Assembly (NCBI RefSeq): GCF_009914755.1
Contig: NC_060944.1
Strand: one strand, 5' to 3'
Length of the DNA stretch: 64,000 nt
Origin: the human T2T-CHM13v2.0 reference genome, Homo sapiens
A program made the position numbers and the translations under genes. The notes beneath the pieces were generated by a model that saw only the letters and a list, made by a program, of their open reading frames with translations, ran no database searches and had not been told where the DNA came from. Numbering within the stretch: the stretch's first letter is position 1; each line of letters starts with the position of its first letter. Below, one piece after another: positions 13,570-25,153 of this stretch.

Positions 13570-14430
13570 GGGGGGCTGCTACTCCGGAGCGGCGAACTGG
13601 CGGGCGGGGGTGCGCCTGTGAGTGTGAGCGCGCGTGTGCGTGTGTGCGCGCGCTCTCGTGGCCTTCCGGCAGCTGGCAGCTGTCCCGGCCCCCACCCCAC
13701 CCTACCCCACCCCACCCAGCCGCGCCACGCCACGCCGCCCCCGCCCCTCGCTGTCCTGGGTGCGCCTCGGGCCGCTGCGCTCCTGGCCAGCTCCCCCCAG
13801 CGCCTGGGAGGCGACCCCCAGTGCGCCCGGGTTCAAAGGCCCGGCGAGGCAGTTCCAGCCCCTCTGGGGGGCGGGGAGGCGACGGGGGTGGTGCAGAAGC
13901 CAGAAAAGCCCGAGCCACAGCCGGCCAGCTCCGCGCAGGGATGGGCAGCGCGCTCTGAAAGTTTATGACCGCCGCAGCCAACTCCTGGCCGGAGCTGGAG
14001 ACGCAGCGAGCGATCGGCCGGCCTCGAACCCCCACAGCTGGAGGGCGAGGCCAGCTGTACCCGGCCCCAGTGCCCTTTCGCGGCCACAAGCGGCCGTCCT
14101 CCTGGTCCGGTGCTCCGGCGCCTGATCTAGGTTCATGGAGCCGGGGCTGTGGCTCCTTTTCGGGCTCACAGTGACCTCCGCCGCAGGTAAGCGCACGGGG
14201 CGGCGCGCCTCTCCTGGCGCGAGCGCACACAAAAGGACCCAGGGCGGGGGACCCGAGGCGCGGAGAAGATGTGCGTCGCGGGGAGCAAACTCTTGCCTGG
14301 GCTCTGCACTCGTGAAGACGCCTGGGGGAGGGCTGGGGAGCAGAAGCGGCGCGCAACGACTACCCGCACGGGCTCCGGGAGTTGCAGCCCGCGCACTGGC
14401 TGGAGACCTGCTGCCTGGGCCGACTTGGTC
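13570..14430 (+). promoter_or_regulatory. EDN3: CpG island / promoter of EDN3, spanning exon 1
   Basis: Abrupt rise in GC and CpG density against the CpG-depleted background. GC boxes GGGCGGGG at ~13602 and ~13869 and CCCCGCCCC at ~13738. Surrounds the ATG at 14135. Boundaries are approximate and the TSS cannot be fixed from sequence alone. Confidence 0.85.
14135..14186 (+). CDS. EDN3: Endothelin-3 precursor, coding exon 1 (signal peptide MEPGLWLLFGLTVTSAA-G)
   Basis: ATG at 14135, hydrophobic signal peptide, donor CAG|GTAAGC after 14186 (52 nt, phase 1). Confidence 0.98.
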
Positions 14431-14706
14431 AATTTTTCATGAAACTGGGGACTTTTCAGAAAGTTTGCGAACTATTCAGAGGCTGTGCCAAACCCTGGCA
14501 AAGTTTGCAGAAAGTATGCAAAATGCATGCAAGTTTTCAACGGGTGCAGATAGCTTGCAAGCTTTTCACAGAGTGTGCAGATAGCTTGGAAACTTTTCAG
14601 AAACTGCGCAGAGCTTTGGAAACTTTGCAGACATTTTGCTTGCTCCACCCCCCTCCTCAGGTGTTTGGGGGTGGCGGGTGTTGAGGGGTCTGCACACTCA
14701 GCTTAG

Positions 14707-15045
<339 letters not shown>

Positions 15046-16354
15046 TAAGTCAGCCTTTTGTGGTGAGGAACGTGGCTCCCGGACCAGGCCCACATCTGCT
15101 CATTCCCAGGAGGACCTCACTCCACCCCAGCCCCGCTCAGTTAGCCCAGAGCCTGCCCTGGCACAGCCTTTAGCTCTTGCTGGGGCCTCTTGCCAGCCCA
15201 GGTCTCTTCTGCAGGTCAGGGGTGTGACCCACATCCCCCCTGAGGGCCTGGCCCAAGAGAAACTCAATCCTGAGTTTGATCCTGTGGAAGGAGGAGCCCT
15301 CCCTCTGAATGAAGTGAACTGACCAGGGGGATTAGATACCTGAGATGTCTCTCTGAGCCTCTTTTCTGAGATAGAGAAAGCCCCGAAAGTTTATCTCATT
15401 CCCCAGGGGCCAAGGGGGCTCATACTCACTGTTGACCCCACCAGGATCCAAGGGGTTTAAAATTCCTTGAAAGCATCCTGGTCTCCAGGGAGTCTAAGGG
15501 TGGGTTTAGCTGAGCCTGACAGAACCTGCACAGTCCACTCGGGGTAGAATTCCCCTGGGATGGGCTCCCTTCCTTCCTGTGGGCCCCCCTGGATGCCAAG
15601 GCAGGGTGAATTCACATCAGCTCGTCCTTGGGCCTTCCACAGGCTGGCTCCAGTCACCCACTGCCATGGTCACAGAGGGCCTTCCCTTCTCTCCTGCAGT
15701 CCTTAGAAACTCTCTTACCCTAGGGCCTAGACAGCACCATCCTGAATTTGTCTTGGGGTTCGTCCAGTGGGGAAGTCAGCCTTCTCCTGGGGCCATGTGG
15801 AGAGAGTGTGGCTCTGACAGGGGGAGGCTTTGATGACTCCCAGTGTTCAGGGAACCCCTCCTGCAGGCACATCATCTTGCAGGCCATACAGAGGGCTTGA
15901 CCTTGCCTGGGTCACCAACTCTCTGGCATTGGCTTCCCCATCTCTAAGATCTGGGACTTGGATCAGACACCTCTAAGTTCTGTTCCCTGGGTGTTCATGG
16001 GATCTCTTGGGACTCTTGCTTGTACCCTATTAGGGATTCTTAGCTGAGAACTCAGAGATGGTTGTGAATGCAAGCCCCTGGAAGCCTGGAAAGGCACCTT
16101 TGCCACCGTGTCCCGGAGCCGTCTTGATTCAGGTTCCTCACGGTCACCTTTATCCCCAAGCCCCATAACCTCTGAGCCCTTGGTAGCAGCTTTCATGGGG
16201 CTCACTTACCTACCTTGTGTCATCGGCACCTCAAAAATGAAGTGCAGACGAGGGTAGTAAACCTGAGGGGTGGAATGTCTTTCAGACCAGGGGACAAGAC
16301 CTCTAATCACATCCATGATAGATCTGGAACATCACCCCACCATGCTTGAAGGGC

Positions 16355-16530
16355 AGGCAGGGGCTTCACATTGAGCCAGCAGGACACGTGCACAAAGTCC
16401 TGCACTCAGAAAGACTCTGGCTCGGCTTAAAGTCCTGCTGTCACTGTCTTGAAATCCTTAATACTTTCTGAACAAAGAGCTGCACATTTGCATTTTCTCC
16501 TGGGTCCCATAAATTCTGTAGCTGGTCGTG
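16355..16530. mobile_element. MER45A-like hAT DNA transposon fossil
   Basis: 'ctgctgtcactgtcttgaaatccttaata...gaacaa...catttgcatttt...ctgggtccc...aaattctgtagctggtc' resembles the recalled MER45A consensus. Confidence 0.55.
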
Positions 16531-17328
16531 ATACCCTGATTTGCTGGCTGGGCTGTGTCCACCTAGAGGATGGGAGGTGCCTCCCTGTTTCTTTCCCTTT
16601 GTGGGGAAGATAGAAGCTGTGAGTGTTGGGCCATCATCAATTGCCTCTTATCCTCAGATAGCGAGGGGAGTCACCTTTCCTTGTAGCCCCTGCACCTTGG
16701 CACTGCCCTTTCTGATTCTTATCCTGCATCATTGTGCTCTGATCAAATTCACTTCATAGAATGGAGGGCACTGGGCAGTCACCAGGAACCGAGTTCTTGT
16801 CTTGGCCAGAATCCCCAGCTGTGAATCTAGAAGGAGAAAGAAGAAAGCTAATGGAATGACAGACAGGAACCTGGGGTGGTGGGCAGGTGGGAGAGGATTT
16901 GGAAACCATCTCTTTCATTCGTTGCCTGTTTACCAAACCCCGGAGCACTGGCTGGGGAGGAAGTGATGACTTGAGACATGTCTGAGAGTCTCAACCAACA
17001 CCCTGTGATCTGTTTAAAATTCTGTCTCATGCATCCTGCGATCTGTTTGAAGTCCTGTCTCATGATTTCGAGTTTGTCCTGAAATGAAGCTGTGGCTCTC
17101 TGACTTTTTCCAGGACAGCCAACTTGATAACTTTCCCCCTGAAGTGTGATTTACCTCTTCCCTTCCTTCCCGACACTGGTTCAATTTAAACATGATGAAA
17201 GAAGGATTAAATCTGGTGTTTGGGCATCCCCTGAGCTACTTGGGAAACAAAAACGACAATAGCCAGACTTGAGCATTTTGAAATTAGACAGGTAAAATAA
17301 TTTTTATGAGGCAGAACTTCCCAAATGG

Positions 17329-17462
17329 CCTCCTTCCCTCCCTTCCTGCCTCCCTCCTTTCTTTCTTACCCTCCAAACTTCCTCCTGCCCTCCCTCCCTC
17401 TCCCCCTCCCTTCTTTCCCTCTTTCCTTTCCCTTCTTTTCCCTCCCTCCTTCCCTTCCTTCC
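17329..17462. repeat. CT-rich (CCTT/CCCT)n polypyrimidine tract
   Basis: About 130 bp almost purely C/T on the + strand. Confidence 0.9.
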
Positions 17463-18758
17463 TGAAACTCTGTAGATGTGTAGATAGGTCTGTTGTCATC
17501 TTTAAAATATCTCAGGCAAGACTGCAATTTGAGAAAATGGGCTGTGGTGACAGGGAACAGGAGTGATGGGGAGGAATCTAAAAAATCACTGAATTGAGCA
17601 AAAGAGGCACTGGAAGTGAGGGACACAGTCTTTTCTAGTGGTTCTGTCTCCCCATTAGATCACAACCCCACCTGTCACATGTTCCCCTCTCCTGCTGTCA
17701 CGCCCTCTTCATTCATGGACTGGTCTCCCTCTCCAAACTTCTCCACCAGGTGTGATTTCTCCCTGTCCCAGCGGCAGCTGTTCTGGGCACGAGAAGGAGC
17801 CTTGATTCTTGTGCCTCAGTCAGGGGTCTTGAACTTTGGGTGCTTTTCACCTTTCAGAGCCTTTCCTCCCATGGCGCATCCAGCTGCGTGAAGACAGAAT
17901 CAACACTCCTAGTTGATCTTTGATGGAAATTGCTCTGAGTACGGTCATTTTTGCTCCCTTCGAGGATCTGAGATGCTGCAGGAGTCATATTGGGAGTTAC
18001 TACCGAGACCCGCTTTGCATCTCCTCAAGGGAAGTTAACTGTCTAGTTCAGGCTCAAGAGACTAGTTGGTCTCTTAAGTCTCTTTTGGAAAGAAGGTCTG
18101 AGATTCCTCGGCTGTCCCTTTAGCCCTCCTGCTTTTTTCCCCTCCTTAGTCCTTCCAGACCCGAGCTTGGTCGGCCCTTTCTGTTAGCACCCAGCATGGC
18201 ATGGATGCTCAGGAAATGCTGGTTGACTTTTGGCTAAGTCCTGCCACCTGGGTACTCTGGCTCATCTTTGCTGTTGCTGAGCCCCTAAATCTCCAGTGCC
18301 TTCTCCCACACAGGAGGCCTCTTTCTCCAGGTGCCTGGCTGCTCTTCAGGGGCCTGCACATCCCTGTAGACAGGGGTGGGCAAGAGAGTTTTTCTTGGGG
18401 ATGTTGCCCATAACTTCTGTGATATCTTCCCAAAAGTCCATCGCCCCAAAGAGGAACCAAATTTATACTTACCCTGTCAAGGCTGCTGGGATCACAGTTC
18501 ATCAATGGGATAGCATGATTTCCATTAGCCTTTCCTTGGCTGTCCCCCACAGTCCCCAAGCCATCCCACCACTGCCAACAAAATCAAAGTCCCAAATCAG
18601 AGAAAAACATATCCCATCCTATTGTCATGGATAAGTTGCCAAGAATAAGATAGTAAGGGGACAGGTGGTGAACAAGGGGTCCGTGTGCTGATGTCCTTGT
18701 ACACTGCGGCTGTCCTCTATGAGCAGACTGAAGAAACAGATACCAGGTAGCTGGGGCC

Positions 18759-19282
18759 TGTAGGAGTCAGGGTTCTCTAGAGAGACAGAACCAACAGGGT
18801 GTGTGCATGTCTGCAGATTATGCATATATCAGAAGTGCGGTTGCCAAAGGAAATATTTGGTTGCTCTTGGGGGCCATGGACTTTTATGGAGGATAAACAG
18901 AAGTTATGGGCAATGTCCCTCCAGAGATATATATATGGAGAGAGACAAAGAGCAATTTTCAGAATTTGGCTTACATGATTGTGGGGGCTGGCAGGCCAGA
19001 AATCTGCATGCCACCAGGCTGAAAATTCCCGAGGGAGTTGATGTCAAGGAGGTCTGGAAGCAGAATTCTTTTCTGTTCGGGAACCTGTCTTTTCTGTGAA
19101 GGCCCTCAACAGATTGGATGAGGCCCACTACATTTTGGAGGGTCAGCTGCTTTGCTCAAAGTCTACTGATTTAAATGTTAATCACATATCAAAAATACCT
19201 TCAGGGCAACATCTAGGCTGCTGTTTGACTAAACAACTGGGCACAGTATCCTAGCCAAGTTGACACCTAAAGTGACCCATAA
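18759..19282 (-). mobile_element. MLT2 (ERVL) LTR, interrupted
   Basis: 'gtcagggttctctagagagacagaaccaacagg...gatttaaatgttaatcacat...ctagccaagttgacac'. Confidence 0.75.
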
Positions 19283-20057
19283 CGGGGATGTCAGCTCGAA
19301 CCACATTTCATGGCGGACCAGCCCCTCAGAGCCTGGCTGAAGACTGAAAACCTGTTTATCCAATGGCTGACTGAGCTGTGAAGCACCCAGCAAAGAGCCC
19401 CACTGTGCTCCTCCCCGCCCCATGAGCTGAGGGATCCTGCCATCTGTTCATCCCTCTAAGGACATCTGAGGGAGGCATTGTGATGCTGGATGGTGACTGT
19501 GTTTTCCAAACCAAAATCTGACACACATGGGCTGGCAGATAGGAATGTAGTTATGAAAAGAACAGGGCAGGATGTTGGGAATCATGATCATGGTGGAAAA
19601 TTTGGGATTTGCAGTCCCGACTTGTGGAGAAGACTCCAGAACCCAGAAGTGCTGCCCTTGAGTCCTGGCCATGACTATCTGTGTGGCCTTGAGCCAGGAG
19701 GTGCTGTTGCCTCTCTGTGACCCTCTGGAAGGTGCAGACATCAGCCGCTCCAGGACAGTGAGCTGCCAAGTCTCTCCTAATCCCAACAGTCTGATCAGCT
19801 CCTATCAAGATGCCCAGGCCGGCTTCCCAGGCTGCCCTGGATCAAGCCACACTAAACTTAATCCAGCAGGAATGCCATTTCTTTTGAGTTTTTTTCTCCC
19901 CTAAATGCATAAAGAGTAAAAAAAAAAAAAAAAAAAAAAAAGCATTAACAAAACATTTAAACTTGTATTTTAATGTATTCTACCACAAAAGGGCAGCATC
20001 ACAGATTCTGGCTTTGCCTTCTGTGTTCTTCAAGAAAGGCATCTTGGCATGGTCTCA

Positions 20058-20561
<504 letters not shown>

Positions 20562-20993
20562 TCATGGTTTTGGAAAGGGGTCATGAATAGTCTGCTACTA
20601 ATCATGGATGGTGAGGATGGCTGACCATGACTGTGACCTCATGTCATCTCATGGGATCAGCTTGACAGCCCCATTAGTTGGATGCTATTGTCCCTGTAGT
20701 TTACAGGAAGAAGCTGAGCCCAGGAGGCGGAGTCAGTTGGCCAAGGTTGCAGAGCTTGTGAGTAGGGACTGGGCTGCCAGCCCAGAAGTTTGGCCCTGAA
20801 GCCTGCCCTGTAAGCCTCCTCCTGTGTGCATGTTCCCAACATGGGCTTCTTAGGTGACTAATATGCCATCTTAGATGACTCCTGCTTTCGTTCATTTAAT
20901 ATGTTTTCCCAGAGTGCCTCACCTGGGTCAGTATTGAATGGGGCTCTGGGACCCAAGAATGAATAAAAGACATGGTTCCCCATCCGTGACTGA

Positions 20994-21222
<229 letters not shown>

Positions 21223-24200
21223 GGGTTTTGTTCTTTTTGATAGTGATGATTCATATATATAATTCTATGTAATCATATATTTACCCTTTTGCAAGATTAT
21301 TTTTATTAACATATGTTAACACATGGGCAAAACCCAAATCCTTGGTCCATCACAAGTCCTAAATTTTATTCTGGAAATGTAGCCTTGGCTTGCATAGAAG
21401 CATGTGATTTTCCTTTAGCCTACCAGAGCCCTTGGTGGTTTCTCTGTGGGTAAGAGGGGCTGGTTGAGTGTGCACTCCAAGCAAACCAGAAGGTTTGTCC
21501 TGATGTCAGAGATGCTGGGACAGAGGGGGCTGAGTCTAGGCGAGAGGGCGAGGGACCCCCAGGCCATGAGTCTCATTCCTGGTGCAGGATTTTTCTTTTC
21601 TTGGCTGCTGCTCTGTGCCTTGTTCTGTCTTCTTGCTTCTTGGTGTGGTTACGGGAGCAGGGCAGACATAGGAGGTGGGACTGCTCAAATCCATCTCTTC
21701 TTGCAGATCCAGCTTCACACTTTGGTTTAGAGACTCCTGGGGTTTAGAGAGGAATGGGGCCTGGGGCCCACTCATCCAAATTGTCACGTGGAGGAGGAAC
21801 AGATCCCTTTGTAGGGGTTAAGAGCTCAAACTGTGGGCTCGAATGCCTGGGCTGAAATCTGGATCTGCCACTTAGGAGATGTCACCTCTGAGACCTTCAG
21901 TGTCCCCATCTAGAGAGTGGGGGAATAGATAGCACTCTATGAGGAAAGATGTTTTCAGGATGACACAAGAAAGTACACAGGGCGTGGTTAGCACAGCGCC
22001 TACAATCTAGTAAACACTCAACGTCTTGAAGATGGTGGCCACAATGATAACAACACAACCTCCAGCCCTGCAGAAGCCCTTCCTGGGCCAAAACCAGTCC
22101 TCCTGCCATATCCAATCCTGTGATTGGAGGATGCTGGCTGGTGAGTAGAAAGTCCTTGCTCAAGTTCTGCTGGGGTCCACCTCTTTGGACCTTCTGACTC
22201 TGATCTTAGCTCCTGGAGTGCCCCGGAGCAAACCTGTCCACCCTGTCCCCTGCAGGACGGTCTGTTAGCCTCAATTAGCAGAAAGCTTACAGACTCTGGG
22301 AAAAGGTGTGCCTGGCTGTCTGCTGTTGCTGATAAGCAGCCTGATAAAGACTCTGTGGTCAAAGGTTGCTGGGCTGGGCTGAGATTCAGTCCCGCCCTTC
22401 CAGCCCCTCCTTTCTGCTTTCTATTGCTTCCCTCTCCCCTTGGTAAATCACTGAAAGTTTTCAGTAATGGGGCATGGCGCTCTTTGCGGGCACCCGTCTG
22501 GGGCTGTGTCTGTGAAACAGGAGGTAGGGGTGGTGATTGGGGTGATTAGGGTCTCAGTTCAGGAGAACAGGAATGATCTGTTTACCTCTTTGTTAAACAC
22601 CTATGCTGAGAGCTCTGTGAGGCATCTGTGGCTCTCATGTCCTTGGTACGTCCAGCAGAGTAGATATAATGCCTTGTAATTTGCAGCTGAGGACCCCATG
22701 GGGCACCAGTAGCCTCACTTCTGACTTCACCCAGCATTGCCCAGGACCTGAAGTGGGTGTCACCAACTGGGAGTCACCAGGAAGCAATCGAGGAAATCCC
22801 ACAGACATCTATTTAGAAAACATCATTTCATGATGTGCTTTTGAGACGGGCATGTGAAAGAAGAGGGTGTTGGCCAGATTAAAAGGGACCCTGAGCTTGA
22901 GGTTCTGACTGATCATGGTTTCAGGAGGTTTTTCCCCTCACATAACCATTTCTATCTCTTCCTTAGAAATTAGCACACTTTTGGGTACCAGTTTTGAGTT
23001 GGAGTGGCATATTTCTTAGAACACTGGATGGCAAGATACTTCTTTAAAATTGGGGAGACTTAGGGCTAAGTTTCGCAGTTTGTTGGAAAGGTCAGTCCTA
23101 CGAGGACTTTTCTGTTGGGGATGCACAGGTAGAAAGCCCGTTTTCTGCCCCAGAGTCAGCAGGAAGTGTGAGTGGTCCAGGAACAAAAACAGACTTGGTG
23201 GAATGCAACTAATCTCCACTTGGGAGACAGAGGGACTTGAGGCTGGAAGGCAGTTTGATTTGTAGCAAGAAAACTTGGTACAAAGAGGTTGTGACCCTGT
23301 GTGACCCCGAGGGAGAATTTGGATTTGTGCTAGATGAAAGGGCCATTACAGTGAGGAACTTGGCCTTCAATCTGAAGGCACATGAAAGGCTCTGATGTGT
23401 CTGGTCATGTTTGTTCCTGCAAGAATTTAAAACAAAGGAAGCTGGGAGGCAAACAATGCTTCTGCTTTATAATTCCAGTTCCAAACCTCAGAGGGGGAGC
23501 TGTAAAGGGTGACCCTGTCTACGGCACCACCCCGCGTTCCAGTGTATTGGAAGTGGATGGTCTCTGTTTTGCATGAGAAAGTGACCTGGTCTCCTTCCTT
23601 GTCATGTTTCAGTTGAAACAGAGTTCCTCAAAATTGGAAATGCACACACACATACACACAGACTTTTGCCCACTTTGGAATAGAAATTAATTGCACTCGG
23701 AAAATAAATTGCAGAGCATGGCTGAGTACAGACAGCCACATGTGAATGAATTGTTTGTCCGCATAGTTTTGGGGGCTTCGGAATCCTGGCTCACCCACCA
23801 AACCTCCCAAGAATAGACAGACAGGATGAGGCATCAGCTCTCTTTCTCATCTGCCCCACCTCAGAGTCTTAGGAGGGCCAAGAGCTTTGGGAGACCTTGG
23901 GGACATTCACAGGCTTGGAAGCACTGGCCTCTTCTTCTTTTGTGGCCTCCTCAGGGCAGACTTGGTGGGAGCTCTTAATAAACAGTAACTCAGGAACAGA
24001 ACAGTCAGGGAGGCCTGGTCCCTGGCCCAGTAATTGAAAAACCAGAAACAGCTTCATTTCATATGCATTGATGACAAAAGTACCGACAGACGCAACCAAA
24101 AACATGACTGGCCCGCTGGTGGACAGTTTCGCCCCACAACTTGGGGAGCGCAAAATTGCTTTGCCGAGAGTCAGAAGCAACTACATGAGACAGCAGAGGT

Positions 24201-24250
24201 CCATGTAACTTTTCTGGATTTTTAGGAATCTGATTTCCATGGGTCTCTTG

Positions 24251-24479
24251 CAGGGCTGAGAATAGACTGGGGTGAGTGAGGCACTCCCTCATGTACAAAC
24301 TTTCAGGAGGCACCAGAAAGTAGGAAAAAACAAGTAAAATGTAATGCACTATTTTCAGAAAGCCAAAATGAGTGCAAAAAAAAATTCATAATCGACCAAA
24401 TATTGTTTTTAGTAAAGGCAGGATCCAGCCCTGAGCTTGCTCCACTTACCTCACCTGCCTCACCCTAATCCCAGCCCTG
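24251..24479. mobile_element. hAT-type non-autonomous DNA transposon fossil
   Basis: Terminal inverted repeats CAGGGCTG...CAGCCCTG and similar flanks (tctcttg / catcttg). Subfamily not assigned. Confidence 0.55.
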
Positions 24480-24556
24480 GCATCTTGCTTGAGGATAAAG
24501 CCTGTGTCTCTAATAGAGACTCAGTAGTTTGAGGTAAGTGATAAATCTATTGGAGC

Positions 24557-25153
24557 TATTACTGGAAAGGGGTCCCGATCCAGACCCCAAGAGAGGGTTC
24601 TTGCACCTCGAGCAAGAAAGAATTCAAGGCAAGTCCATAGAGTAAAGCGAAAGCAAATGTATTAGAGAAGTAAAGAAACAAAAGAATGGCTGCTCCATAG
24701 AGCAGTGGTATGGGCTGCTTGATTGAGTATACTTACAGTTATTTTTCGATCCTATGCTAAACAAGGGGTGGGTTATTCATGAATTCCTGGAACTGAGGTT
24801 CCCCCTTCCTAGACCATATAGGGTGACTTCCTGATGTTGCCATGGCATTTGTAAACTGTCATGGCGCTGGTGGGAGTGTCTTTTAGTGGCTAATGCATTA
24901 TAATTAGCATATAATGAGCAGTGAGGACAACAGAAGGTCACTTGGGTTGCCATCTTGGTTTTGGTGGATTTTGGCCATGTTTTTTTTTTTTTTCCACGTC
25001 CTGTTTTATTAGTGGGAGTCTTTGTGAGCAATGTCTTGTGTGGACCTCCCGTCTCATCCAATGAGTAAGAATGCCTCACCTTCTGGCAATGCAGCCTCAT
25101 TCTACCCAGCCCCTATTCAAGATAGAGTTGCTCTGGTTCGAACACCTCTGACA
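24557..25153 (-). mobile_element. MER41 (ERV1) solo LTR, MER41B-like
   Basis: Minus strand begins TGTCAGAGGTGTTCGAACCAGAGCAACTCTATCTTGAATAGGGGCTGGGT and ends ...GGATCGGGACCCCTTTCCAGTAATA. 4-bp TSD GAGC at 24553-24556 and 25154-25157. Confidence 0.88.

Noticed and set aside
13482-14356. Long overlapping ORFs in the CpG island (e.g. 284 aa on the - strand)
   Set aside because: Stop-codon depletion in GC-rich DNA. The translations are Pro/Arg/Gly/Ala-rich with no domain, and the starts are mostly non-ATG.
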